Notes under the pieces: generated by a model
What the model saw: only the letters and a program-made list of their open reading frames with translations
Told to the model about the DNA's origin: nothing
Database searches by the model: none
From: an uncultured Pseudomonadota bacterium
Lineage (GTDB): Bacteria; Oederibacteriota; Muellerivitia; Muellerivitales; Muellerivitaceae
NCBI GenBank assembly: GCA_963836235.1
Contig: CAWIIP010000002.1
Coordinates: forward strand, 1,024,001 to 1,088,000
Direction: 5' to 3'
Length of the DNA stretch: 64,000 nt
Program-made: the position numbers and the translations under genes
Shown: positions 40,901 through 50,539 of the stretch, piece after piece
Layout of the letters: every line of letters starts with the position of its first letter
Numbering within the stretch: the stretch's first letter is position 1

Positions 40901-41150
40901 TGCGCATCAGGGAAAGTCCCGCATGGCCGTTGGTGTTATCTACCGCCCAGAGGGTCGAGGCATAGGGGGAAAGATTGCTAGCCGCGTTCCAGGCGCTGGC
41001 CGCCCCGAACCCGCGGATAATTTGGTTGGTCTGGGTCGCGTCCACGGTGCAAGTACCTGCCCAAACTCCGGTAGCGCTTACAAGCATGGTCAGGACCAGA
41101 AAGTTAAAAACGATTTTTTGAGCCACAATAATCCTCAGGTTTTTCGTCAA
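37959..41150 (-). CDS. Second secreted GH30 hydrolase + stalk + unassigned domain + conserved tail
   Basis: IRGFGAAS, WSPP, QNEPD, HLYGGG, WETE, YSKFVRP. Confidence 0.88.
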   Translation of the reverse strand: MTKNLRIIVAQKIVFNFLVLTMLVSATGVWAGTCTVDATQTNQIIRGFGAASAWNAASNLSPYASTLWAVDNTNGHAGLSLMRTRIDPTDTGSGSAWNSEAGPMTLAKSVNPNITIWSTEWSPPATYKGNNSVDGGGSNGNLTSTATFLGAASGSPNSADTGYASYLVRYIQYIQNSFGVTLYAVSCQNEPDWDPTYEAAIWNAGQFDVFTGAFHSALQTAGLSTKIMITESFGDRLPLAATTMNDATNAPFVNIIAGHLYGGGPNSLSSGGFSHLTNQDNWETEMSDVSGAGPDNSMTSGLVEAGWVHNSMTTGLMDAFHHWWIWGTDNSALITSSGISKKLMVLGQYSKFVRPSFYRMGATTVPTGGVSVTAYKNTNTSAPATVVIVAINGNSSTTSQTFTFNGVNVTSVVPWVTDNNNNLVQEAAVAVSGNSFTYNLTGPSVTSFVGVNSSSSSTNTFTPTATRTNTPANTPTSTPTATRTNSPTNTATSTASRTASSTPTNTVANTATFTPTATRTNSPTSTQTSSPTSTTTSSPTATATKTASSTMTSTVANTATPTPSSTPTSSSTASRTNTVTNTTTSSPTSTTTSTATNTAMNTLTATPTNSPTATTTSTASGTTTSTTTRTATGTPSATTTNTSVITPTVTDTLTNSATSTPSNTATVTRTNTVTNTTTSSPTSTTTSTATNTAMNTLTATPTNSPTSTATSTSSTTPTFTTTRTATGTPSATTTNTLVITPTMTSTPTNSATATSTLTNSPTKTTTPTVTSTPTNTLINTATYTVTSTITLTPTPTVVTVQASQGSSPPSNSSQIPGTSNVSVQQIQLVNPSNNPVTLSSLTLTESGASPTGITSVSLVDNGTVISTASFTGGTTATFNFNGTIQPSNGAVTYQVVVNFSNSAPTGNYQFSVTNGAGTNGQAVLFSGLPVTGAVITIVTVTSTPSNTPTNTVTATSTVVFTSTETPTTSPTGSSGVVVYPNPVTGPTVSVLPPAYQGLGDVRVEIFTIAFRKVQDETFWNVPSGKPVTVELTDRRGAPLADGVYYIVVTVDGHRSTGKLLVIR
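37989..39427. repeat. ~1.44 kb near-identical copy of 43326-44764; part also matches ~29718-30600
   Basis: Comparison by eye at offsets +5337 and -8368; the ORF track shows an identical 73 aa antisense ORF in all three copies. Confidence 0.9.
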
Positions 41151-41373
41151 GAAAACTTTTAATTAAATGAATTCAGGTCTGTAGAATAATACTTCGGAAA
41201 TGACCGAGGTTTTCAAAAGGCCGTTCGAGAACATCGCTTAAACGTCACATCAATTACCTTTTATTTCACCCGGGTTAAAATTCAGCCCGCCGAAGAAAAT
41301 TGCTCGTTCAACCCAAACCGTTCTTTCAAGGCGAATTTGCCCCGAAAGGAATAAATTTTTCTAACTCCGACGC

Positions 41374-41387
41374 TGTAACCGGTTACA
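41374..41387. promoter_or_regulatory. Perfect LacI/CcpA-type operator palindrome
   Basis: TGTAACCGGTTACA upstream of the second GH30. Confidence 0.75.
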
Positions 41388-41431
41388 TTTTATTGGCTTG
41401 AACGGACGGAAACGGTGCCTGAACGACCGTT

Positions 41432-43240
41432 TTAAACTTGCTGAAGGTTTTTTCGGAAGGCTTGTGGAGTCTGTCCGATTTTTTTTCGGAACAGTTGAAT
41501 GAAGTGTGGATTTGATTTAAACCCGCAGTCCCTCGCGACTCGGAAGATCGGAAGCCGGGTGGCTTTCAGCAGACGTTTGGCCTCGTCCAGGCGGCGCCTC
41601 TGAAGATAGGCTTCCAGTCCCAACCCGGTGAGTTTCTTGAAACGCCGACTAAAGGTGGAAATCGAAAAACCCGCCCGCTTGGCCAGATCGGCAATAGGCA
41701 AAGGTTTCGTGAAGTGACGGTCTAAGTACTCGCGCACCTTCTCCACTGAATGGTCCTGTTGAGCCGAGAAAGGCTTCTCAATCTCTCTTTCCAATTTAGA
41801 AAGGGCCGTCTGGTAGGCCAGGACGATTTCTTGGAAAGTGACAGCCTCTTCCAATACACAGGCCGCGTCCTCCCTTAGCTTGCGCCTCTGGCGGGGGTGA
41901 AGGTCCATTCGTATCCCGACCGTTTCGGAAAGCCTATTCAGGGCGTAATGAAAATGCCACCGGATCTCGTGGGGATTCTGGAACGATACTTGTATGGCCT
42001 GCTTGAGGAAGAGGTCCTTGAGCACTTCCAGCCCGGAGAAGGACGCCGTCTGGAAGGCTTCATTCATATTGTCCAATAGGGTTCCTAGTTCCCTCACTCC
42101 GCCAAAAGCCAGTCCTTTTTTCCCGCCATCGAAAAACAATATTTCTTTAGCCGCGCCTTTCCACAAATGCAAGGCTAGGACGGCTTGTCGGTAGGACGGA
42201 TTCAAGGGTTCCCCAGGCGTCACTGTCTCTCCTACTCCTACCAATACCGGACCGCCCAATTCTTTGACGGCAAAGTCTCTTATTCTCCGGGCCGTCTCTT
42301 CGATGTTTTTTCTTTGAACCAATTTAGGCATCTTGGGATCGGCCGAAGTCACAAAAACCGCCCCATAGTCGTCCAATTTTCCGCCCACCGTTTCCGGAAG
42401 GGTTTGGGCGAAAAGAAAGGCCCCTCTCTGGAACCTGTAGATGCGTAATACTTCCGCCGTCCAATCCAGTGCCGTTAGTCCTGATCTTTGGGGGATGACC
42501 GTCAACACCGTCGTGGGTGTGCGGGTCACGCCAATTTCATCCTTCACCCACGCCCATTCCTCAATTTTTTTCGACCAAGGCGGAACCGATTCGGAGGTGG
42601 GCTTTCCCAGGGCCCAATCCATGAAATAACTATGGGGTAGGTTCTTCGAGAAAACACCCACCAACAGGGCTTGGAACCTCGGGCCGATGGCTTCTCCGTC
42701 CCCGGAGCCGGAAAGAAGATTAGCGAAAAGTTCCAGCGATTCCTCGAAGGCCGGTAAGAGCGGGCCATCCAGAACGGGGATTTCCAAAAGCGACCGGGTG
42801 AACTCTCGGAACTCGGGAAGGTCGGGCGAGACGGCACGCCCGCTCAGTTGTTTCCAGCAATGGGAAAGGGTCTCGAAAGTGATTTCCTTTTTCGCGAAGG
42901 CTCCCGCTTGCAGGCATCCCAGGATTTTTTCGCCGGTCAGGATTGGCACGAATAAATCTTTGAACCCCAGGTGTTCCACGCCGACCGTCTTGCGGGTTTC
43001 CTGAACCTTCTTGAAGCACTGGCCGACGAAATGGTCCCGGGCCTGAGGCCCTCCATATTTGACTTCCAGGGCGTAAAGACTGGTCGTCCTTTTGCGGCGG
43101 TTCAAGGCCCACCAAACCTTGGGGGAAGTAATCTGGGGCCCGGAAACCAGGAAACAGCTTAAATCCACATAATAGTGAATGACGCTATGGAAGGGCTTGT
43201 ATTGAAGAAACTGGGAAAAAGCGGAGAACTTACTCTTCAT
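41432..43240 (-). CDS. AraC family regulator, paralog of 33369-35165
   Basis: Shared YYVDL.CF, E.LGF.D.F.PI, LEIPVL.G, VGGKL..YGAVFV, NP.EIRWH and AraC HTH. Confidence 0.9.
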   Translation of the reverse strand: MKSKFSAFSQFLQYKPFHSVIHYYVDLSCFLVSGPQITSPKVWWALNRRKRTTSLYALEVKYGGPQARDHFVGQCFKKVQETRKTVGVEHLGFKDLFVPILTGEKILGCLQAGAFAKKEITFETLSHCWKQLSGRAVSPDLPEFREFTRSLLEIPVLDGPLLPAFEESLELFANLLSGSGDGEAIGPRFQALLVGVFSKNLPHSYFMDWALGKPTSESVPPWSKKIEEWAWVKDEIGVTRTPTTVLTVIPQRSGLTALDWTAEVLRIYRFQRGAFLFAQTLPETVGGKLDDYGAVFVTSADPKMPKLVQRKNIEETARRIRDFAVKELGGPVLVGVGETVTPGEPLNPSYRQAVLALHLWKGAAKEILFFDGGKKGLAFGGVRELGTLLDNMNEAFQTASFSGLEVLKDLFLKQAIQVSFQNPHEIRWHFHYALNRLSETVGIRMDLHPRQRRKLREDAACVLEEAVTFQEIVLAYQTALSKLEREIEKPFSAQQDHSVEKVREYLDRHFTKPLPIADLAKRAGFSISTFSRRFKKLTGLGLEAYLQRRRLDEAKRLLKATRLPIFRVARDCGFKSNPHFIQLFRKKIGQTPQAFRKNLQQV

Positions 43241-43295
43241 GAGGGCATTTTATAAGATCATCTAGGGAGTGGGGCTTAAATCGGATTCCTTGGAA

Positions 43296-46200
43296 TCAGC
43301 CGAGAATCAGGAGTTTTCCAATAGCGCGGTGCCCGTCAACGGTGACAACAATGTAATAGACCCCGTCCGCCAAGGGCGCCCCACGTCGGTCAGTCAGCTC
43401 CACCGTTACGGGTTTACCCGACGGCACGTTCCAGAAAGTCTCATCCTGCACTTTCCGGAAAGCGATGGTGAAAATCTCCACACGTACATCTCCCAAACCT
43501 TGGTAAGCGGGCGGTAACACACTCACCGTCGGGCCTGTAACCGGGTTGGGGTACACCACCACGCCGGAGCTACCCGTCGGACTAGTCGTAGGAGTTTCGG
43601 TTGATGTGAAAACAACGGTGGAAGTGGCGGTAACTGTATTCGTAGGCGTGTTGGAAGGCGTTGACGTCACCGTTACGATGGTAATCACCGCCCCGGTCAC
43701 GGGTAAACCGCTAAAGAGCACCGCTTGCCCATTCGTTCCGGCCCCGTTTGTCACACTGAACTGGTAGTTCCCTGTCGGCGCGCTATTTGAAAAGTTCACC
43801 ACCACTTGGTAAGTCACCGCACCGTTACTCGGCTGAATGGTCCCGTTAAAATTAAAGGTTGCCGTCGTTCCTCCTGTGAAACTCGCGGTAGAGATAACCG
43901 TTCCATTGTCCACCAGTGATACGGAAGTGATCCCTGTGGGAGAAGCCCCCGACTCGGTAAGGGTCAAACTGCTCAAAGTAACCGGATTGTTACTAGGATT
44001 GACCAGTTGAATTTGCTGAACTGATACGTTGGAGGTTCCCGGTATCTGTGAAGAATTGGAGGGTGGGCTTGACCCTTGCGAGGCTTGTACCGTCACTACC
44101 GTGGGAGTGGGAGTCAATGTGATCGTGGAAGTGACGGTATAAGTTGCCGTATTGATCAGGGTATTGGTGGGAGTAGATGTAACCGTTGGAGTCGTAGTTT
44201 TAGTTGGGCTATTAGTGAGTGTGGATGTGGCGGTGGCGCTATTCGTCGGCGTACTCGTCATCGTGGGTGTGATAACCAAGGTATTGGTCGTCGTCGCCGA
44301 AGGCGTGCCGGTAGCCGTGCGAGTAGTTGTGAAGGTTGGCGTCGTTGATGAAGTCGAAGTGGCGGTTGAAGTAGGGCTGTTAGTGGGTGTGGCCGTCAGT
44401 GTGTTCATGGCCGTATTGGTCGCCGTAGAAGTAGTGGTACTGGTGGGGCTGGAAGTCGTCGTATTCGTCACTGTATTCGTTCGGGTGACTGTTGCGGTGT
44501 TGGATGGGGTTGAGGTGGCGCTATTTGTCAGCGTATCCGTCACCGTGGGCGTGATGACCGAGGTATTCGTCGTCGTCGCTGAAGGCGTGCCAGTAGCCGT
44601 GCGGGTAGTTGTCGATGTTGTAGTCCCGGATGCGGTTGAAGTGGTCGTTGCCGTGGGACTATTGGTGGGGGTGGCTGTCAGGGTGTTCATGGCCGTATTG
44701 GTCGCCGTAGAAGTAGTGGTACTGGTGGGGCTGGAAGTCGTCGTATTCGTCACTGTATTCGTTCGGGTGACTGTCGCGGTGTTGGATGGGGTTGAGGTGG
44801 CGCTATTTGTCAGCGTATCCGTCACCGTGGGCGTGATGACCGAGGTATTAGTCGTCGTTGCTGAAGGCGTGCCAGTAGCCGTGCGAGTAGTTGTTGATGT
44901 TGGAGTCCCGGATGCGGTTGAAGTAGTGGTACTGGTAGGGCTGGAAGTCGTCGTGTTCGTCACTGTATTCGTTCGGGTGGCTGTCGCCGTGCCGGTGGGC
45001 GTATTGGAAGGCGTTGAAGTCAGTGTGTTCACCACCGTGTTGGTTGAAGTCGAGCTTGCGGTGCTGGTGGCTGTATTGGTACGGGTTGCCGTCGGAGTAG
45101 CTGTGGCAGTACCTGTTGGACTTGAAGTCACCGTATTCGTCGCGGTATTCGTCCTAGTCGACGTGGGGCTGGCCGTAGGGGTTGAACTGGGGGTTGCCGT
45201 CGCCGTATTAGCCACGGTGTTCGTCGCTGTCAATGTTGCCGTTTTTGTCGCCGTAGCCGTGGGGCTTGAAGTAGCGGAAGCGGTTGGGCTGGAAGTTTGG
45301 GTATTAGTCGGTGAATTGGTCCTGGTAGCCGTCGGGCTTGAGGTGGCAGTCAATGTTGCCGTATTGGTGGGACTATTGGTCCTGGTTGCGGTAGGGGTGG
45401 AGGTGGCCGTACTGGCAACCGTGTTGGTTGCAGTGGATGTAGCCGTCTTTGTCGCCGTAGCCGTGGGACTGTTGGTAGGGGTACTCGTGCGAATCGCGGT
45501 TGGACTATTCGTTCGAGTGAAGGTTGGAGTAGCGGTAGGCGTGCTAGTGGGTCCAGAGGAACTAGAGCCAGGAATAACGATCAGATCCATTTCACTGGGT
45601 TGCAGGCTCACCGTAAAGGTCGTTCCGGTCGTTTGGGCCACCCCTGCGATGGAAGCAATAGCGCTAGGCGCCGGATTGGCGGTGCCGTTAATCTGAAGTC
45701 CAGTTACCTCTTGTGGCGCGCCGGAGGAACTGCTTCCTTGGGGAAGCATGACCCAAGCTTGACCGGAGGCCGCAGGGGTGAACCCCGACACAGTGATTGT
45801 GGTGGCCATGGTGGCGGTTGGACTGTTATTCACCATGAAAAGGGTGAGGTTGCCTGAAGCGTTCATCGCCGCATAGGCATTCACGTTCGTGGTGCTACTG
45901 GTGCAAGTCACCATATTGCTGCCGAACTTGCCCGACAGCATAGGAAAGACATAGTAATTTGGAAATGGAGCGTAGGAAGTCGTGTTAACGAAACCATAAT
46001 CGGGGGTACCTCCATTGAGGGTGGCCCAAAGGTTTGCGCCGATCCAGCCGTTCTTTGCCATTTCCATAATCCATTCGGAACAGAACATGGCGTTCACGTA
46101 CTCGTTGGTTTGAGCATCGGGGCCAAGGCTGCAGTTGTATTCAGTCATGAAGTATTTCACTTGTCCGACATAAGAAGCACCTAAGGCGGAAGACACAATG

Positions 46201-47057
46201 GAATTCAAGCTGGCTGTTTGAACCGCGACGGTGGCGGGGTAACTGAGAATTTTAGTATCGGTGGCCTGGCCCGCAGCGACACCGGCGGCCAGGGGGTAAT
46301 TGTGAATGATCAGGAAGTCAGGCACGACACCAGCGGCTTTGGCAGCCGTAAGCATGTTCGGTGTCCAGTTGGTATAATCCGTTGAACCGGGGGACGCCAC
46401 AGCACCGATTTTAATGGTAGAGTCGATGGCTTTCATGCCGTTGTAATAATCGGCAAAATATTGGCCGTAAACCGTTCCCGTCAAAGTGCTACCGGTCGAG
46501 CCCTGGCCTCCCTGTTCCCAATTGCCGTAAACTTCATTACCGACTTCCCAATAAGTCGCCTTGGCCGACCCCGTATTGGTCAGGTTCCAGGTGACCCACG
46601 CTTCCGCCAGGCTGACCGCTTGTGCGTGGGTGAATTGGGTGCTGGTGCCGGATCCCGAGGCGCCGCTGCACCAGTAACCGCTGAGATTCACAATGGGCTG
46701 TAGGGTTCCACCGAATGTTTGCAAAAAGGTGATGAACTGGGGGGTAGTAGCGGCACCCGTATCATTGCAAACGAGATTATTCCAATCCACGATGTCGGCT
46801 TCGGATCCGCCCGGCCACCGGATGTTTCGGCAGCCCGAAACCTGCATAGCGGTGTTATAAGTGGCGACCGTGCCGTTGTTGGCTCCGTTGTAATACTGGG
46901 CGTTGTTGCCGTAAATCGTGTTCGGAATAGTAACAATGGTCGTTCCAGCATTCACGGTGATGCTGGCCTGAGCAAATAAACTGGGAATGTTTATCCCAAA
47001 AAATAGAATGGTTAGGCCCGGCAAGGCCTTTTTTAAAATCCACATTTCCTTTTTCAA
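43296..47057 (-). CDS. Secreted clan GH-A hydrolase (GH51/alpha-L-arabinofuranosidase-like) + stalk + unassigned domain + conserved tail
   Basis: IRWPGGS, YWEVGNEVYG.WE, IKIGA, HNYP, MTEYN. Exact family (GH51/GH44/GH79-like) uncertain. Confidence 0.75.
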   Translation of the reverse strand: MKKEMWILKKALPGLTILFFGINIPSLFAQASITVNAGTTIVTIPNTIYGNNAQYYNGANNGTVATYNTAMQVSGCRNIRWPGGSEADIVDWNNLVCNDTGAATTPQFITFLQTFGGTLQPIVNLSGYWCSGASGSGTSTQFTHAQAVSLAEAWVTWNLTNTGSAKATYWEVGNEVYGNWEQGGQGSTGSTLTGTVYGQYFADYYNGMKAIDSTIKIGAVASPGSTDYTNWTPNMLTAAKAAGVVPDFLIIHNYPLAAGVAAGQATDTKILSYPATVAVQTASLNSIVSSALGASYVGQVKYFMTEYNCSLGPDAQTNEYVNAMFCSEWIMEMAKNGWIGANLWATLNGGTPDYGFVNTTSYAPFPNYYVFPMLSGKFGSNMVTCTSSTTNVNAYAAMNASGNLTLFMVNNSPTATMATTITVSGFTPAASGQAWVMLPQGSSSSGAPQEVTGLQINGTANPAPSAIASIAGVAQTTGTTFTVSLQPSEMDLIVIPGSSSSGPTSTPTATPTFTRTNSPTAIRTSTPTNSPTATATKTATSTATNTVASTATSTPTATRTNSPTNTATLTATSSPTATRTNSPTNTQTSSPTASATSSPTATATKTATLTATNTVANTATATPSSTPTASPTSTRTNTATNTVTSSPTGTATATPTATRTNTATSTASSTSTNTVVNTLTSTPSNTPTGTATATRTNTVTNTTTSSPTSTTTSTASGTPTSTTTRTATGTPSATTTNTSVITPTVTDTLTNSATSTPSNTATVTRTNTVTNTTTSSPTSTTTSTATNTAMNTLTATPTNSPTATTTSTASGTTTSTTTRTATGTPSATTTNTSVITPTVTDTLTNSATSTPSNTATVTRTNTVTNTTTSSPTSTTTSTATNTAMNTLTATPTNSPTSTATSTSSTTPTFTTTRTATGTPSATTTNTLVITPTMTSTPTNSATATSTLTNSPTKTTTPTVTSTPTNTLINTATYTVTSTITLTPTPTVVTVQASQGSSPPSNSSQIPGTSNVSVQQIQLVNPSNNPVTLSSLTLTESGASPTGITSVSLVDNGTVISTASFTGGTTATFNFNGTIQPSNGAVTYQVVVNFSNSAPTGNYQFSVTNGAGTNGQAVLFSGLPVTGAVITIVTVTSTPSNTPTNTVTATSTVVFTSTETPTTSPTGSSGVVVYPNPVTGPTVSVLPPAYQGLGDVRVEIFTIAFRKVQDETFWNVPSGKPVTVELTDRRGAPLADGVYYIVVTVDGHRAIGKLLILG
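44223..45266. repeat. ~1.04 kb near-identical copy of 47869-48912; contains a 282-bp internal tandem unit
   Basis: Comparison by eye at offset +3646; gtgttcatggccgtattggtcgccgtagaag recurs at 44401 and 44683. Confidence 0.88.
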
Positions 47058-47143
47058 TCCCTTTTGAAAAGAAGATTAAACAACCTTTAAATTTGCCTTA
47101 CATAAAACGTTTTGAGTTGAAACCAAAAACTATTACTCAATTA

Positions 47144-47157
47144 TGAAACCGGTTTCA
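47144..47157. promoter_or_regulatory. Perfect LacI/CcpA-type operator palindrome
   Basis: TGAAACCGGTTTCA upstream of the GH51-like gene; related TGGTAGCGGTTACA at 47199-47212. Confidence 0.75.
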
Positions 47158-47412
47158 GTTATTACCTTTAAATACCCACTTAAACAATACTAAATGAGTG
47201 GTAGCGGTTACAATTTTACCGGACTATCGGAACAAATGGTAGGAATCGAAGCCTGTCGTTTCACGGTCAACTTTTCCCATTTTCCACCTACTTACCAACA
47301 TGAAAGCAATCTCTTTTATCTTTTAGGAACACATAGTCGCACTAATCAAACCTCAGCCGAAGAAGGTGCACTCAACAATAAAATTTTCGACTTTAAAAAA
47401 TCTAGCTTGGCG

Positions 47413-50277
47413 TTAGTGGATAACCAAGAGTTTGGTGATGGAACGGTGCCCATCGACAGTGACGATTATGTAATAGACTCCATCAGCCAAAAGCCTCCCC
47501 GATCTATCGGTGAGTTCCACCGTGACCGGCACGCCCGAAAGCACGTTCCGGAATATCACATCCTGCACTTTCCGGAAGGCGAGGGTGAATATCTCCACAC
47601 GCACATCCGAAGAGCCTGAATAAGCAGGTGGAAGCACATTAACCGTCGGTCCATTAACCGGGTTGGGATAAACCACCACACCGGAGTGGCCCGTCGGGCT
47701 AGCCGTAGGGGTTTCTGTCGAAGTAAAAGAGCTAGAAGAAGTGGATGTTGCCGTAGAGGTCGCCGTATTGACTATGGTGTTGGTGGGAGTAGATGTAACC
47801 GTTGGAGTGGTGGTCTTGGTTGGGCTGCTGGTGGGTGTGAAGGTGGTGGTCGGGGTAGCCGTACTTGAGGATGTGGCGGTGGCGCTATTCGTCGGCGTAC
47901 TCGTCATCGTGGGTGTGATAACCGAGGTATTGGTCGTCGTCGCCGAAGGCGTGCCGGTAGCCGTGCGAGTAGTTGTGAAGGTTGGCGTCGTTGATGAAGT
48001 CGAAGTGGCGGTTGAAGTAGGGCTGTTAGTGGGTGTGGCCGTCAGTGTGTTCATGGCCGTATTGGTCGCCGTAGAAGTAGTGGTACTGGTGGGGCTGGAA
48101 GTCGTCGTATTCGTCACTGTATTCGTTCGGGTGACTGTTGCGGTGTTGGATGGGGTTGATGTGGCGCTATTTGTCAGCGTATCCGTCACCGTGGGCGTGA
48201 TGACCGAGGTATTCGTCGTCGTCGCTGAAGGCGTGCCAGTAGCCGTGCGGGTAGTTGTCGATGTTGTAGTCCCGGATGCGGTTGAAGTGGTCGTTGCCGT
48301 GGGACTATTGGTGGGGGTGGCTGTCAGGGTGTTCATGGCCGTATTGGTCGCCGTAGAAGTAGTGGTACTGGTGGGGCTGGAAGTCGTCGTATTCGTCACT
48401 GTATTCGTTCGGGTGACTGTCGCGGTGTTGGATGGGGTTGAGGTGGCGCTATTTGTCAGCGTATCCGTCACCGTGGGCGTGATGACCGAGGTATTAGTCG
48501 TCGTTGCTGAAGGCGTGCCAGTAGCCGTGCGAGTAGTTGTTGATGTTGGAGTCCCGGATGCGGTTGAAGTAGTGGTACTGGTAGGGCTGGAAGTCGTCGT
48601 GTTCGTCACTGTATTCGTTCGGGTGGCTGTCGCCGTGCCGGTGGGCGTATTGGAAGGCGTTGAAGTCAGTGTGTTCACCACCGTGTTGGTTGAAGTCGAG
48701 CTTGCGGTGCTGGTGGCTGTATTGGTACGGGTTGCCGTCGGAGTAGCTGTGGCAGTACCTGTTGGACTTGAAGTCACCGTATTCGTCGCGGTATTCGTCC
48801 TAGTCGACGTGGGGCTGGCCGTAGGGGTTGAACTGGGGGTTGCCGTCGCCGTATTAGCCACGGTGTTCGTCGCTGTCAATGTTGCCGTTTTTGTCGCCGT
48901 AGCCGTGGGGCTGTCGGTAGGGGTACTGGTGCGGGTGACCGTGGGAGTGAAGGTAGAAGTACTGGTAGCTGCGGCAGGGGTGAAAGTCTTGGTGGGCGTA
49001 TTCGTGGGGCCACAGGCTGGGAAGGCCACATCATCCGCCCCCGCCATGGCCGCATTATAGGTAGTCACTGCCGCCGTATTGGAGGGAGCTTTACCGTTAA
49101 TTAGACAGTTGCAATCGAAAGTCACTCCCTGAGTATTGAAGACGTCAAAGACTTTAGAACCCGTCAGCGTACAGGCGGCAAACAATACATTGGAAACTGG
49201 CGCCTGCGGCAGGCCCCAAACGATCCCCACGTTGGCGGTTCCGGTCGCGGCTTGGCTGGCGGTGACATTTTGGAAAGTGATGTTGTCCCAATAGGGAGTG
49301 GTACTGTTAGCCGCCGAACCCGTATCCGTTGAGGGGCTGGAGGGGACCGTGGGGTAGTAGCTGTACATCAAGATCGGATTGACCATGATGTTAGACATCG
49401 TAATATTGGAATAAGTGATGTTTGAGGTGATGCCACCTTCTGTGTTGTTGGATTTGAGCCTTAAGCCGTATTGAGTCCCATTGAAGACGCAATTGTTGAC
49501 CAGCACATTACTCACTCCGCCGGAGGTGATGCTGCCGATGGAAAGCCCATGGCCAGTCCCGAAGGTGCAACCCTGGACCGTGACTCCATTACAGGCGTTG
49601 GAACCGCCGATTTGGACTACGTCGTCCCCGTCGCTGATATAGCAATTTTGGATATTTACGTTAGTACCGCGCAGGTCAATGCCATCGGTATTGGGCGAGG
49701 GCCAGGGCGCAGTGATGCTCAAAGCCGAGGCCAGAATGTTGGTGCCGTTTCCTAAAAATTGAATATGGAATTTGGGTGAATTTTGAACCGTGATTCCCGA
49801 AACCGTGACTCCCTTGCATCCTGTGAGCTCGATCATGGCGGGAGGGCGGTTATCAGTTCCCCCGCCGTTGAAATAGTTCCACCAGGCAAGCCCTTGTCCA
49901 TCCATGACTCCGCTGCCATTAATGGTGATATTAGTCAAACCCGAACCATAAAGGAAATCGGTGCTGACGGGGAAAGTTCCCATGGCGGTCATCTGCAGGG
50001 TGGCCCCAGCAGAGAGTTGAAAAGTCATGTTGCTTTTGAGGGTGACAGGGCCGCTAAAGAAAGTACCGGCCGGAACCACGACCGTCCCGCCACTTCCCAC
50101 GGCGTTGATGGCGGCCTGAATTGCGGCAGCGTTGTCGGCGCTGCCCGTTGTGGCGTTATAAGGAGCGGAGGTGATAGTGATCGTTTGGGCGGAAGCGGAA
50201 GCGGCGCAAAAGAAAATAAATAAACCTAGTACCCGGTAAAATCGAGTCGATCCAGAAACGTTTTCAATTTTCTTCAT
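47413..50277 (-). CDS. Secreted GH28 polygalacturonase-like + stalk + conserved tail
   Basis: NTDG, GDD, GHGLSIGS and RLK catalytic motifs. Confidence 0.92.
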   Translation of the reverse strand: MKKIENVSGSTRFYRVLGLFIFFCAASASAQTITITSAPYNATTGSADNAAAIQAAINAVGSGGTVVVPAGTFFSGPVTLKSNMTFQLSAGATLQMTAMGTFPVSTDFLYGSGLTNITINGSGVMDGQGLAWWNYFNGGGTDNRPPAMIELTGCKGVTVSGITVQNSPKFHIQFLGNGTNILASALSITAPWPSPNTDGIDLRGTNVNIQNCYISDGDDVVQIGGSNACNGVTVQGCTFGTGHGLSIGSITSGGVSNVLVNNCVFNGTQYGLRLKSNNTEGGITSNITYSNITMSNIMVNPILMYSYYPTVPSSPSTDTGSAANSTTPYWDNITFQNVTASQAATGTANVGIVWGLPQAPVSNVLFAACTLTGSKVFDVFNTQGVTFDCNCLINGKAPSNTAAVTTYNAAMAGADDVAFPACGPTNTPTKTFTPAAATSTSTFTPTVTRTSTPTDSPTATATKTATLTATNTVANTATATPSSTPTASPTSTRTNTATNTVTSSPTGTATATPTATRTNTATSTASSTSTNTVVNTLTSTPSNTPTGTATATRTNTVTNTTTSSPTSTTTSTASGTPTSTTTRTATGTPSATTTNTSVITPTVTDTLTNSATSTPSNTATVTRTNTVTNTTTSSPTSTTTSTATNTAMNTLTATPTNSPTATTTSTASGTTTSTTTRTATGTPSATTTNTSVITPTVTDTLTNSATSTPSNTATVTRTNTVTNTTTSSPTSTTTSTATNTAMNTLTATPTNSPTSTATSTSSTTPTFTTTRTATGTPSATTTNTSVITPTMTSTPTNSATATSSSTATPTTTFTPTSSPTKTTTPTVTSTPTNTIVNTATSTATSTSSSSFTSTETPTASPTGHSGVVVYPNPVNGPTVNVLPPAYSGSSDVRVEIFTLAFRKVQDVIFRNVLSGVPVTVELTDRSGRLLADGVYYIIVTVDGHRSITKLLVIH

Positions 50278-50539
50278 TCTTTCGCCTCAAATGGATTCCG
50301 TTCTTCAAAACGGAATAACGCGGGAACAGGTAATACTTAGTACCTGTTAATGGGAGTTTTATTCCACAAATCGCACAACTTCAATACAGAAAGAGTGAAA
50401 CTATTTCAGACTTGTTTCGTCCCGTTTCCAACCTGTTTTGAGGTGAAACCAAATCCAGTGCCTTTTGTGAACCAGTCTGCTTCCCGCCCGGGGCCGCCAT
50501 AATCGCCAAGGACAACCCAAGGAAAGGTATTGCAAAGGA

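Noticed and set aside
37989-44764. Near-identical repeats as a diversity-generating retroelement, shufflon or IS
   Set aside because: No reverse transcriptase, recombinase or transposase in the window; copies are kb-long direct repeats inside genes and the differences are not evidently adenine-specific.
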